Source: Macrostomum lignano
Lineage: Eukaryota
DNA: 64,000 bases
Assembly (NCBI GenBank): GCA_002269645.1
Contig: NIVC01001990.1
Location: 1-64,000, forward strand
Direction of reading: 5' to 3'
Shown here: in pieces, positions 14,201 to 26,122 of the stretch
Position numbering within the stretch: the stretch's first letter is position 1
Layout: each line of letters starts with the position of its first letter
The notes under the pieces: generated by a model
Told to the model about the DNA's origin: nothing
The model's input: the letters and a program-made list of their open reading frames with translations, nothing else
The model's database searches: none
Translations under genes and position numbers: made by a program

Positions 14201-17200
14201 ATATTTGTTAGAATCTTAGTTTACTATCTCAGTGACTCACAATGAGTTTGGCATCTCAGTGACTTTCGTTGAGTTCGGAATCTCAGTGACTCACATTGAG
14301 TTTAGAATCTCAGTGACTCACAATGAGTTTGACATCTCAGTGACTTTCGTTGAGTTCGGAATCTCAGTGACTCACATTGAGTTTAGAATCTCAGTGACTC
14401 ACAATGAGTTTGGCATCTCAGTGACTCACATTGAGTTTAGAATCTCAGTGACTCACATTGAGTTTAGAATCTCAGTGACTCACATTAGGTTTAGAATCTC
14501 AGTGACTCACAATGAGTCACTCATCCGTCTTCTAAGATTGAGTAATTCTAAGATTCTAAGATTGAGTTTAGAATCTCAGTGACTCAGATTGAGTTTAGAA
14601 TCTCAGTGACTCACATTGAGTTTAGAATCTCATCTCAGTAACTCACACTAAGTTTAGAATCTCAGTGACTCACATTGAGTTTAGAATCTCAGTGACTCAC
14701 ATTGAGTTTAGAATCTCAGTGACTCACATTGAGTTTAAAATCTCAGTGACTCACATTGAGTTTAGAATCTCAGTGACTCACATTGAGTCTAGAATCTCAG
14801 TGACTCACATTGAGTTTAGAATCTCAGTGACTCACATTGAGTTTAGAATCTCAGTGACTCACTTTGAGTTTAGAATCTCATCTCAGTAACTCACACTAAG
14901 TTTAGAATCTCAGTGACTCACATTGAATTTAGAATCTCAATGACTCACATTGAGTTTAGAATCTCATCTCAGTGACTCACATTGAGCTTTATCATTGGAA
15001 TCATTTACGCAGAATCCTACTGCAAGTAGAAGATCAGCGAAGTGAAACAATGAAGTAATAAAATGGCATCCCTTCCCTCCTAATTCAGGTCCGAGTGCGC
15101 GCTTGCAACGCCGTGGGCCCAGGCCCATATTCCGCGCCGTTGCGTGTGGTCACCGGCTCGCTGCCGCCGAACCCGCCGCGCATCGAGTGCGTGCACAATC
15201 AGGCCACTTCGCTGAAGCTGCGCTGGGGCGACGGGCGAAACGCTGATCTGTTGCAGTACCAGGTAGGGTGGTACTGGCGCTTTGTACGGTCTGCAGTGTT
15301 GTCAATGCCTGCTGTGTGACCGCTGCTCCGCTACAAGTGGATCAACGCTAGTCCACTTCAAGGACCCCTGTTAGTCCAGTACAAGGACCCTTCCTAGTGT
15401 TTCAGTACAAGGACACCTAGTGTTTCAGTACAAGGACCCTTCCTAGTGTTTCAGTACAAGGACCCTTCCTAGTGTTTCAGTACAAGGACCCTTCCTAGTG
15501 TTTCAGTACAAGGACCCTTCCTAGTGTTTCAGTACAAGGACCCTTCCTAGTGTTTCAGTACAAGGACCCTTCCTAGTGTTTCAGTACAAGGACCCTTCCT
15601 AGTGTTTCAGTACAAGGACCCTTCCTAGTGTTTCAAAACAAGGACCTTTAGTGCTACAATACAAGGACCCCTAGTGTTTCAGTGCAAGAGGACAAGTAGT
15701 CCGTACAGAGAAGGCAGGGTATATTCTAGCCGGTGTTGGGCTGGGCTGAACCCGGCCCCGTGACTCATTAGCTTTGTTTATCTGGCGTGAATTATGGCAT
15801 TTGCGTCAGCAGTCCATCTCAAACTGACTTGGCGATGTTCTCAGCAAATCATGCCTTTGAAAGTTGGCGGGTGCCGGGGTCTGTCATTTTCTTTAATTAG
15901 TTTTATTTTCCCCTGCCAAGCAGACTAACATCCCACAGGATACTGGGATTCGCAGACTGGGGATAATTGAGCAAAATTTTGCCGCACAGATTCTTCAGAC
16001 ATTCCCCTCGCATCCCCCTGAGGCATGGACAAAAAGGACAGCCGAAAATAATGTTATAATGCGAGCTGCTGTCAGACGCTTATGCTTCCCCTGACCCCCC
16101 TCCATGCAGTCCTGCCTGTCCGCATATTGTAATTTGCTTTTGTTTCCACCCTCTCCTGCCGGCCTAATCATAGGGCTTTAAGCCCTTTTTAGCTGACACA
16201 CAGGCAAAAGGGGAGGCGAAATCCCTGTTTCTCCTTGTCTCTTGCTAGCCTTTTATCTTTGCAATTAATTTATAGCTAGCAGTTTAGACGCAGTTCGCGG
16301 CCTTAATTACCTTCTTAAGCTAAATGCTCACTGCAGTCGCTGCTAGACCTGTGTTTTTCTTTTCAAAACATTCGTTCAGTCCATTTTGCTTTGCTAGCTC
16401 TATACTGTCAGAACTGCCTTCGTTAAATAATACACTCACCAAGATGCAGCACCATTCACTTCCTGCTCACTTATTCACCAAGATGCAGCACCATTCACTT
16501 CCTGCTCACTTATTCACCAAGATGCAGCACCATTCACTTCCTGCTCACTTATTCACCAAGATGCGGCATTCACATCCTCCTCACTTATTCACCAATTTTC
16601 AGCATTCACAGCCTCCTCACTTATTCACCAATTTTCAGCATTCACATCCTGCTCACTTATTCACCAATTTGCAGCACCATTCACTTCCTACTCACTTATT
16701 CACCAAGATGCGGCATTCACATCCTCCTCACTTATTCACCAATTTTCAGCATTCACATCCTCCTCACTTATTCACCAATTTTCAGCATTCACATCCTACT
16801 CACTTATTCACCAATTTTCAGCATTCACATCCTCCTCACTTATTCACCAATTTTCAGCATTCACATCCTCCTCACTTATTCACCAATTTTCAGCATTCAC
16901 ATCCTACTCACTTATTCACCAATTTTCAGCATTCACATCCTCCTCACTTATTCACCAATTTTCAGCATTCACAGCCTCCTCACTGATTCACCAATTTTCA
17001 GCATTCACATCCTCCTCACTTATTCACAAAGATGCGGCATTCACATCCTCCTCACTTATTCACCAATTTTCAGCATTCACATCCTACTCACTTATTCACC
17101 AATTTTCAGCATTCACATCCTCCTCACTTATTCACCAAGATGCGGCATTCACAGCCTATTCGATAGTTTACCAATCCACTTTTCACTTCAGATCGAAATG

Positions 17201-18400
17201 GCGGCCAGTTCCGTGGACTCGGGTTGGCAGGTGGTGTACCAGGGCAGCTCGCACAGCACCCGCCTCACCCGCCTGGCCGAGCTCACCGACTATCACTTCC
17301 GCATCCGAGCCACTAACGAGGCCGGCTCAGGCCCCTACTCCAGTCCATTTTGCTTCTCAACTGGCAAAGCGCATCCGCCTGCGATGAAGCCGCCACGACT
17401 ATCCGAGCTGACCCAGGACAGTTGCAGGGTCGACTGGGCCGGCCTGCGACCTATGGGTCGGGACAGTATCGTCTACGTGCTGCAATTGCTGGCTGTTAAC
17501 GAGAGAGACTCCGACTATAGACAGGTTAGTATTGCTTAGGAGTAATTTAAGTACTTGCTTCGTTGCTAAGGGGATTATCTGTCTGGTTGCTAGGCAGATT
17601 GTTTGGTTGCTATGCTGATCGTCTGGTTGCTAGGCGGATTGTCTGGTTGCTAGGCGGATAATCTGATTGCTAGGCGGATTGTCTGGTTGCTAGGCGGATT
17701 GTTTGGTTGCTAGGCGGATAGTCTGATTGCTAGGCGGATTGTCTAGTTGCTAGGCGGATTGTCTGGTTGCTAGGTGGATTGTTTGGTTGCTAGGCGGATA
17801 ATCTGATTGCTAGGCGGATTGTCTGGTTGCTAGGCGGATTGTCTGGTTGCTAGGCGGATTGTTTGGTTGCTAGGCGGATTGTCTGGTTGCTAGGCGGATT
17901 GTTTGGTTGCTAGGCGGATTGTTTGGTTGCTAGGCGGATTTTCTAGTTGCTAGACTCTGGCTGATTGACTTTTTGCAAACCTACTTATGATTTTTACTGG
18001 TCAGCACTCTCAGTTCCTCTCCGCTCGTTGCCTTCAGGTGTACCGCGGCTCTGACCAATCTTGCAAGCTGACTTGCCTGAACCCCAACACGGAGTACCAG
18101 GTGCGCGTCGCCGCGGCCCGTCGATGCTCGGAGACCGGCGATGAGCTGATTGGCGCCTTCTCTCAAGGCGTCGTGTTTATCACTCGCGCCGGGTCCGTCT
18201 TGGCCTCGTCGACAAACCCGACTACGGCGTCTTCTGGTTCGTCGTCCTCGTCCTCGTCGTCTGCGTTGCGCTATTCCATCGGCGGCCGCGGAGGTGCCGG
18301 CTGGTCGGAGCAGCGCCTGGCTGCCGTGCTGCTCGCGGCATTCGGCGTCACGGCTCTCGTTGTTTCTCTGCTGCTCAACTATCTGGTGTTGGAGGCTTGA
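5219..18400 (+). CDS. FNDC3: Fibronectin type III domain-containing protein 3 (FNDC3A/B, Drosophila mtgo-like), tail-anchored
   Basis: Exons 5219(or 5719)-6202, 8793-9352, 10207-10617, 11135-11419, 13392-13466, 13826-14083, 15089-15262, 17192-17524, 18038-18400. All introns are GT-AG and phases are consistent. Nine consecutive FN3 repeats (W-x-x-P, Y-x-F-R-V-x-A-x-N-x-x-G motifs) are followed by a Ser-rich linker and a C-terminal hydrophobic helix (LAAVLLAAFGVTALVVSLLLNYLV). The Q-rich N-terminus (5219-5596) is out of frame by 1 nt; see findings. Confidence 0.9.
6325..7290. repeat. 29-bp minisatellite, FNDC3 intron 1 (5' side)
   Basis: AAGATCTTGAAGCTTCGGGAATTTCGTGT. Confidence 0.95.
8075..8660. 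repeat. ~23-bp minisatellite, FNDC3 intron 1 (3' side)
   Basis: CCTGTTACAGATATCGGCGCCTC. Confidence 0.93.
9380..9745. repeat. 22-bp minisatellite, FNDC3 intron 2 (5' side)
   Basis: GATCTAGCGGCTTCTGTTTAGC. Confidence 0.95.
9815..10095. repeat. 18-bp minisatellite, FNDC3 intron 2 (3' side)
   Basis: GACCATAGACAATCT(A/T)GT. Confidence 0.95.
11565..12190. repeat. 30-bp minisatellite with 60-bp higher-order alternation, FNDC3 intron 4
   Basis: TTCAAGTGGCGCTTATCCCTTCCCTAAT(G/T)T, variants strictly alternating. Confidence 0.95.
13045..13215. repeat. 15-bp minisatellite, FNDC3 intron 4 (3' side)
   Basis: GGTGCTGGCGCGTCT x ~11. Confidence 0.93.
14227..14990. repeat. 27-bp minisatellite, FNDC3 intron 6
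   Basis: CTCAGTGACTCACATTGAGTTTAGAAT. Confidence 0.93.
15365..15680. repeat. 26-bp minisatellite, FNDC3 intron 7 (5' side)
   Basis: TACAAGGACCCTTCCTAGTGTTTCAG. Confidence 0.93.
16430..17155. repeat. 36/39-bp minisatellite, FNDC3 intron 7 (3' side)
   Basis: TTCACCAATTTTCAGCATTCACATCCTCCTCACTTA. Confidence 0.93.
17570..17950. repeat. 20-bp minisatellite, FNDC3 intron 8
   Basis: GTCTGGTTGCTAGGCGGATT. Confidence 0.93.
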
Positions 18401-18960
18401 CCTGGCGTGACCTTCCCTATGACCTGGCGTGACCTTCCCTATGACCTGGGGTGATCTCCCCTATGACCTGGGATGACCTCCCCTATGACCTAGCGTGACA
18501 TTCCTTATGACCTGGCGTGATCTCCCTATGACCTGGCGTGACCTTCCTTATGACCTGGCGTGACCTTCCCTATGACCTGGCGTGACCTTCTTTATGACCT
18601 GGCGTGACCTTCCCTATGACCTGGGGTGATCTCCCCTATGACCTGGGATGACCTCCCCTATGACCTAGCGTGACCTTCCCTATGACCTGGGGTGATCTCC
18701 CTATGACCTGGCGTGACCTTCCTTATGACCTGGCGTGACCTTCCTTATGACCTGGCGTGGGGTGTTCTCCCTATGACCTTCCCTTTGACCTTCCCTATGA
18801 CCTTCCCTTTGACCTTCCCTTTGACCTTCCCTTTGACCTTCCCTTTGACCTAACATGATCTCCCCTATGACCTTAACATAATCTCCCCTATGACCTGCCG
18901 TGACCTCCCCTATGACATTGACATGACGCCTTCTATGACCTGGCGTGACCTCCCTGACGT
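18398..18960. repeat. 22-bp minisatellite starting at the FNDC3 stop codon
   Basis: TGACCTGGCGTGACCTTCCCTA, degenerating distally. Confidence 0.92.
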
Positions 18961-19367
18961 GACTTTACCTAACTCCCCCTCCATCCATGACCTAGCAGCG
19001 TGACCTATGTCAGTGGTTGGCCTAGGTTAGTGTGAGATTGAAGACCCGTTTCAGACCTCGGCATGCTGTTGTCAGTTAAGCTTAGTTAATTGTTTTATTC
19101 ATTTAATGGCGTCATTTGTGCCGGTCTTGTAGGTTTTTGTGTTTTTGTGCATCTCTCATCATCGATATTCGCTAGTTTGAAATATCATTGCTCTGCTCTC
19201 TTAGCTGGTCGAAGTTTTTGTGTGCTGGACTTGTCCCCAACTATTGAAATTATGCAATAATAGATATTAGAAGTATTTTAGTGTTCAGGCTGACAGATGC
19301 ACCTCTGATGACATTTTATTGATTGTAGAGAATGCACTCGTTGTATCCGTCAGTCACATCATAAATC

Positions 19368-19373
19368 AATAAA
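19368..19373 (+). promoter_or_regulatory. Putative polyadenylation signal of FNDC3-like gene
   Basis: AATAAA about 970 nt after the stop codon, followed by GT/T-rich sequence. Confidence 0.45.
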
Positions 19374-20089
19374 ATATTCTGTTGCAAATTGTTCCTCGTT
19401 GATACACCATTATTTGCAGAGTTTTTCTCCATCTCTATCGCTCTTTCTGTTTTCGTCTGTCACGTGTTTTCTGTTTGTTTATTTAATTTGTTGTTTTTGT
19501 TCAGACGGGCAAGGCTTCTCAACAAGGCGTCATTTAAGCAGTTTTTATCCTTATGTTGTCGCCAAGTCTAAAATCCGATGGAACAGGCTTATCGCGTGAA
19601 ACCAGCCTTCAAATATTTTCTAAGAAACGAGAGGCACAGCTCAGCCATTCATCTCAGTTTTCTATGCACTGTCGATGGAGCCAATAAAACATTTTATAAT
19701 TGTGTAATCCGGTTGCTTTTCAGTATTCTGTGTTTTTTGTGTTGTGTTTTGTTCGCTCTGGGTTCCCGTTTGCCTCTGGTCCAATCGCATATTTTCGATA
19801 CGAATTGGTATTGTCTGTGGTTATTTTTCTGTGTTTTAATTTTTTTCTCGCGAGAATATGTTTTTTGGTATTTTATTGTTATGCATATTTGTTGCAACCT
19901 GAAAGTCAAAGTCTGTTGCTGTATTTGGCGTTTATTTTTTTCTGTTTTAAGTTTGCTTAATCCTCCGCGCGCGTTTTGTTTGATCGGATCTGAGGTTTTC
20001 TACAACTCGACGTGAATGTTGTTTCCAGTTGAGTACGCTGTATTTTTGTGTAGGTCCGTTGACCCACTGTTGACCAGAATGATAGATGG

Positions 20090-20520
20090 GGGTCACTTGA
20101 CCCACTTACAAAACTGACTAGAGCCATGGGGGGTCACTTGACCCACTTGCAAAACTGACTAGAGCCATGGGGGGTCACTTGACCCACTTACAAAACTGAC
20201 TAGAGCGATAGGGAGTCACTCGACCCACTTACAAAACTGACTAGAGCGATAGGGAGTCACTCGACCCACTTACAAAACTGACTAGAGCGATAGGGAGTCA
20301 CTCGACCCACTTACAAAACTGACTAGAGCGATAGGGAGTCACTCGACCCACTTACAAAACTGACTAGAGCCATGGGGGGTCACTTGACCCACTTACAAAA
20401 CTGACTAGAGCCATGGGGGGTCACTTGACCCACTTACAAAACTGACTAGAGCCATGGGGAGGGGGTCACTTGACCCACTTACAAAACTGACTAGAGCCAT
20501 GGGGGGTCACTTGACCCACT
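20090..20520. repeat. 41-bp minisatellite
   Basis: GGGGGGTCACTTGACCCACTTACAAAACTGACTAGAGCCAT x ~10. Confidence 0.95.
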
Positions 20521-21184
20521 TGCTTATGATAAATTTTGCGCATATTGTTGAGGAATAAGTGTCCCATATTTTTGCGATCCTGCAATATAATAGATATTAT
20601 AAGTAGCATATTAGAAATATTGCTTCGTGTGACGTCACACTCTAAAAATACGAGCGTAACACTAATTCGTCCGTTCAATCGGCGCTTCTCTCTCTCTCTC
20701 TCTCTCTCCCTCTCTCTCTCTCCCTCTCTCTCTCTCGTATCAGCTCTTTGTTCGCGTTCTCCAAGCGGTTTTAATCTTCGTAACACGCATAAAAACCGAA
20801 CGCAGCGTCATGCATTTTTTATTCTCTTACCCGATCAAGTCCTCATTCGCGCGGAGAGGGGTGGGGAGAACTGAGACAAGTGAGATTCTCATCTATATAG
20901 CTTTAGCTGTTTGTATATTCTTTTTTAGCTGTGTGTTTTAGCAAGCTGCTCCTAACTCTCCTTGTGTATGTCTATCATCTACTGCTGTGTCTTTTATTTG
21001 TGGCCATTGCAATATATATATTATATGATATAAATAAATACATATTATGTTATATATTAATTTGATTGGCTTTGAGACTGTCGAAATTCTTGTGTCACTT
21101 CTAATCAATTACTTCAGCTTTTATTAGCTTCGCATACTTGGCTTTTTGTATTCTTTCGTAATGCTGATTCAGGGACTCTACAGA

Positions 21185-22915
21185 GCTATGGGGATGTTAC
21201 AGTAGCTATGGGGATGTTACAGTAGCTGTGGGGATGTTACAGTAGCTATGGGGATGTTACAGTAGCTATGGGGATGTTACAGTAGCTATGAGGATGTTAC
21301 AGTAGCTATGGGGATGTTACAGTAGCTATGGGGATGTTACAGTAGCTATGGGGATGTTACAGTACCTATGAGGATGTTACAGTACCTATGAGGATGTTAC
21401 AGTAGCAATCGGGATGTTACAGTAGTTTTGGGGGTGTTACAGTAGCTATGGGGATGTTACAGTACCTATGAGGATGTTACAGTAGAAATCGGGATGTTAC
21501 AGTAGCTGTGGGGATGTTACAGTAGCTATGAGGATGTTACAGTAGCTATGGGGATGTTACAGTACCTATGAGGATGTTACAGTAGCTGTGGGGATGTTAC
21601 AGTACCTATGAGGATGTTACAGTAGCAATCGGGATGTTACAGTAGCTGTGGGGATGTTACAGTAGCTATAGGGATGTTACAGTAGCTATGGGGATGTTAC
21701 AGTAGCTATGGGGATGTTACAGTAGCTATGGGGATGTTACAGTAGCTATGGGGATGTTACAGTAGCAATCGGGGTGTTACAGTAGCTATAGGGATGTTAC
21801 AGTAGCTATAGGGATGTTACAGTAGCTATAGGGATGTTACAGTAGCTGTGGGGATGTTACAGTAGCTATAGGGATGTTACAGTAGCTATGGGGATGTTAC
21901 AGTAGCAATCGGGATGTTACAGTAGCTGTGGGGATGTTACAGTAGCTATAGGGATGTTACAGTAGCTGTGGGGATGTTACAGTAGCTGTGGGGATGTTAC
22001 AGTAGCTATAGGGATGTTACAGTAGCTATGGGGATGTTACAGTAGCTATGGGGATGTTACAGTAGCTATGGGGATGTTACAGTAGCTATGGGGATGTTAC
22101 AGTAGCAATCGGGGTGTTACAGTAGCTATAAGGATGTTACAATAGCTATAGGGATGTTACAGTAGCTATAGGGATGTTACAGTAGCTGTGGGGATGTTAC
22201 AGTAGAAATCGGGATGTTACAGTAGCTATGGGGATGTTACAGTAGCAATCGGGGTGTTACAGTAGCTATAGGGATGTTACAGTAGCTGTGGGGATGTTAC
22301 AGTAGCTATAGGGATGTTACAGTAGCTATGGGGATGTTACAGTAGCAATCGGGGTGTTACAGTAGCTATAGGGATGTTACAGTAGCTGTGGGGATGTTAC
22401 AGTAGCTATAGGGATGTTACAGTAGCTATGGGGATGTTACAGTAGCTATGGGGATGTTACAGTAGCTATGGGGATGTTACAGTAGCAATCGGGGTGTTAC
22501 AGTAGCTATGGGGATGTTACAGTAGCTATGGGGATGTTACAGTAGCTATAGGGATGTTACAGTAGCTGTGGGGATGTTACAGTAGCTATAGGGATGTTAC
22601 AGTAGCTGTGGGGATGTTACAGTAGCTATGGGGATGTTACAGTAGCTGTGGGGATGTTACAGTAGCTATAGGGATGCTACAGTAGCTATAGGGATGTTAC
22701 AGTAGCTATGGGGATGTTACAGTAGCTATGGGGATGTTACAGTAGCAATCGGGGTGTTACAGTAGCTATAGGGATGTTACAGTAGCTGTGGGGATGGTAC
22801 AGTAGCTGTGGGGATGTTACAGTAGCTGTGGGGATGTTACAGTAGCTGTGGGTATGTTACAGTAGCTGTGGGAATGCTCATGTAGCTATAGGGATGTTAC
22901 AGTAGCTACAGGGAT
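21185..22915. repeat. 20-bp satellite (~1.7 kb)
   Basis: GGGATGTTACAGTAGCTATG x ~85. Confidence 0.97.
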
Positions 22916-23484
22916 GTTACAGTGGCTATTTGGGGGGAGAGACGCGCTCTGATTAGCAGGGTTTAAGACTATTTACAATGTCCTGCTTTAAGCACTAAGT
23001 GAATCTTGATTCACCGTCAAAGCAGTCTCAACATAGATCGCATATCTCAGTGCGATAATCTTGTATTAATCACGAAGTCTCGAGCTCCAGATCTCCAGAT
23101 TGCTCAGCTGAAAAACTTGAGCAGCTTTACTTTCCCAAGCATATACCTTGATATTGAATTGCATTGCTAGCGCAATCTCGTTTAACTGCCTGGCCTAATT
23201 CGGCTGGCATGACATGCGCTCGCATATGGAAGTGCAGGAGGGGCAGTCAGATTTGACACGGCCATCGCAACAAGGCTCGCTGCCTACTGCTAATAGATTC
23301 GTGTCCGTTAGTTACTGTCTGCCCAAGGCTGTCCTTTGAGGCACAGGAATATCGCCTGTCTGTGTCTCTGGCTTGCCCGAATGTCTGTCAGTCAGTGGCG
23401 TCTTTTTTGGGCGGCTGCTATTCCCCAGCTTGTCTAGATCCCTCTCATAGCATGATAAATACTATTCGATATTATCCTCAAAAA

Positions 23485-24035
23485 TATCATCCCATCCCAT
23501 TCCATCTCATCCCAACCCATCTCATCCACCCCATTCCATCACATACCATCTCATTCCATCCCATCCGATCTCATCCAGTCCTATCTCATTATCCCATCCC
23601 ATCGCATTTCCTTCCATCCCATCCCATCCCATCGTACCATACCGTCCTATCCCATCCCATCTGATCCCATCCCATCTGATCCCATCCCATCTCATACCAT
23701 CTCATTCCATCCCATCCGATCTCATCCAGTCCTATCTCATTATCCCATCCCATCGCATTTCCTTCCATCCCATCCCATCCCATCGTACCATACCGTCCTA
23801 TCCCATCCCATCTGATCCCATCCCATCTGATCCCATCCCATCTCATACCATCTCATCCCATCCCACTTCATTATCCATCCCATCGCATTTCATTATATCC
23901 CATTCTATTCCATCCCATCCCTTCCCATCCCATCCCCTCCTATCGCGTTCAATTCCATTCTATCGAATCTGATCCCATTCCATCCCATCCTATCTCAGTT
24001 TACATGTATCTTATCCCATCATCCCATCCCATATC
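23485..24035. repeat. Degenerate (CCATC)n pentamer repeat with ~151-bp internal duplication
   Basis: CATCC-type low complexity; the block at 23542 recurs at 23693. Confidence 0.88.
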
Positions 24036-24889
24036 ATCCGGTGTCCCCCAGCAATAACTCTTGTTCTACTCTGTCCTGAGCCCTATTCGGTTCCATCCAC
24101 AGATACTACGCTGGTAGAATAAGTAATAAGTTAATAATAGTTAAGCGACATCAAAGAAATATACAACAGGGTGTCCATAGAGTCACCTGTAGCCTATTGT
24201 TAGTATTAAGGCTGGCAACTAAAAGCCAGTAAAATTAAGAAAACAGATCCAAAAGTGAGCATGTTTTGAAAGTTGAACATTCGCTCGCTGCGACAAATTC
24301 TATCGTTTATTTTTCAAAGGGTCTGATTTTTCTTTCGGTTGCAACTTTCGTTTACAGAGTATACACCGCCAAAGCAAAGGTGCTTATTTGTTTCACCACA
24401 CGACAACGCTTAGCTACACAATATGGTGCCTGTGGACAGCAAAATAATTACTGACAAAGAAGCCAACTGACGACTATGCGTCAAAAAAGTAAATTTTTAA
24501 TTTTATTGCGCAAATTATGATAAAATACAGAAAGATAACAATTGAAAAAAAACACTGAAAACGGTGACAAAAGCTCCATCAAAAATACGCATTTTCAGTA
24601 TCTACTCGTATTGATTAACATACGACAACATTGCACTGGAATAAGTAAAATATTGGTAACAAGCAACAACATAAAGAGAGGCTAAAGCAAAAATACTTTT
24701 GCAAGAGGCAAAGAAAGCCTGATTTGTCTGGCCGAGTGAGAACCGCGTACATTTTGTACTTTCCATAGGACTATGGAGTTAGTGAGCTTTGGCCATAGAC
24801 AACTGTCACGCTGAATGGCTAATATAAATGTTAATTGTTACTGCTGCTTCCTCTATCCTGAAAAATTCGAACAGTACCTCCAAAGCCAT

Positions 24890-25340
24890 AGACACAATCT
24901 AGTACCATTGTCTACTTTCAAAACCATAGACACAATCTACCATTGTCTACTTTCAAAACCATAGACACAATCTACCATTGTCTAGCTCCAAAACCATAGA
25001 CACAATCTACCATTGTCTATTACCAAAACCATAGACACAATCTACCATTGTCTACTTTCAAAACCATAGACACAATCTACCATTGTCTAGCTCCAAAGCC
25101 ATAGACACAATCTAGTACCATTGTCTACTTTCAAAACCATAGACACAATCTACCATTGTCTAGCTCCAAAACCATAGACACAATCTACCATTGTCTATTA
25201 CCAAAACCATAGACACAATCTACCATTGTCTATTACCAAAACCATAGACACAATCTACCATTGTCTACTTTCAAAACCATAGACACAATCTACCATTGTC
25301 TAGCTCCAAAACCATAGACACAATCTACCATTGTCTACCT
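24890..25340. repeat. 35-bp minisatellite
   Basis: CAAAACCATAGACACAATCTACCATTGTCTACTTT. Confidence 0.92.
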
Positions 25341-25573
25341 TGAAAACCGTCCCAAAAATATAGACAATCAAGAATTGTCTACCTCTAAAACCATAGAAAA
25401 TCTTCCATTTTCTATTTCAAAAGAATAGACAATCTACCATTGTCCACCCCCAAAACCATAGACAATCTAAAACAGACACTCGTGTTATGGGCGTTGTTAC
25501 ACTCTCCTGCCGTGCTTTTGTGCTTTGTTGTCTATGGCCAAACTATTCCATTGTATATGTACGAGCGTACATA

Positions 25574-25650
25574 CCGGGTGATACACAAAAACTATACAAC
25601 TAAAACTTTAGCCGATGCCAAGGTGTATAGTTACTTATGCACTAACCCGG
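25574..25650. mobile_element. Miniature Tc1/mariner-like MITE (77 bp)
   Basis: TA-CCGGGTGATACACAAAAACTATACAACT ... AGGTGTATAGTTACTTATGCACTAACCCGG-TA: imperfect TIRs with TA flanks. Confidence 0.45.
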
Positions 25651-25926
25651 TATATTAAACATTTAACATTGACCGGCTGACAACAATGAGGCTTTTATGA
25701 AAAAATTACAAAAAATCCGATTAATAGCAATACAATAAATAGTAAGTGAATCACACGAGCAACAGCTACTAATTAACGGTAATTTGCTGCTAGGAAAATT
25801 TTCTTTCGGGGCAAGTTTACGACTTTGAATCAATCAAACCAAGGGCCATTAAAAGTGTGATAGTTGCCGTTAATTCTATAGCGGTCATTACTACAGTCCG
25901 CGAAATTCAAATTGAGTCATCTCTGT

Positions 25927-26085
25927 TTAGCCACTGTTGCTGGCCTCTTCGATGGCATGACAGCTGTGCAAATCGGCCTTAACTACCTCCGTTAGCTTCT
26001 GCTGTTGCTTTTGTTTTTGCTGCTTTTGCTGCTTCTGTTGCTTTGAAGATTGGGGAGACGATGTCTGCTGCTGCTGTTCCTCCGG

Positions 26086-26122
<37 letters not shown>

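Noticed and set aside
24165-24190. CAGGGTG..CACCTGTA mini inverted repeat resembling Tc1 ends
   Set aside because: Too short to distinguish from chance.
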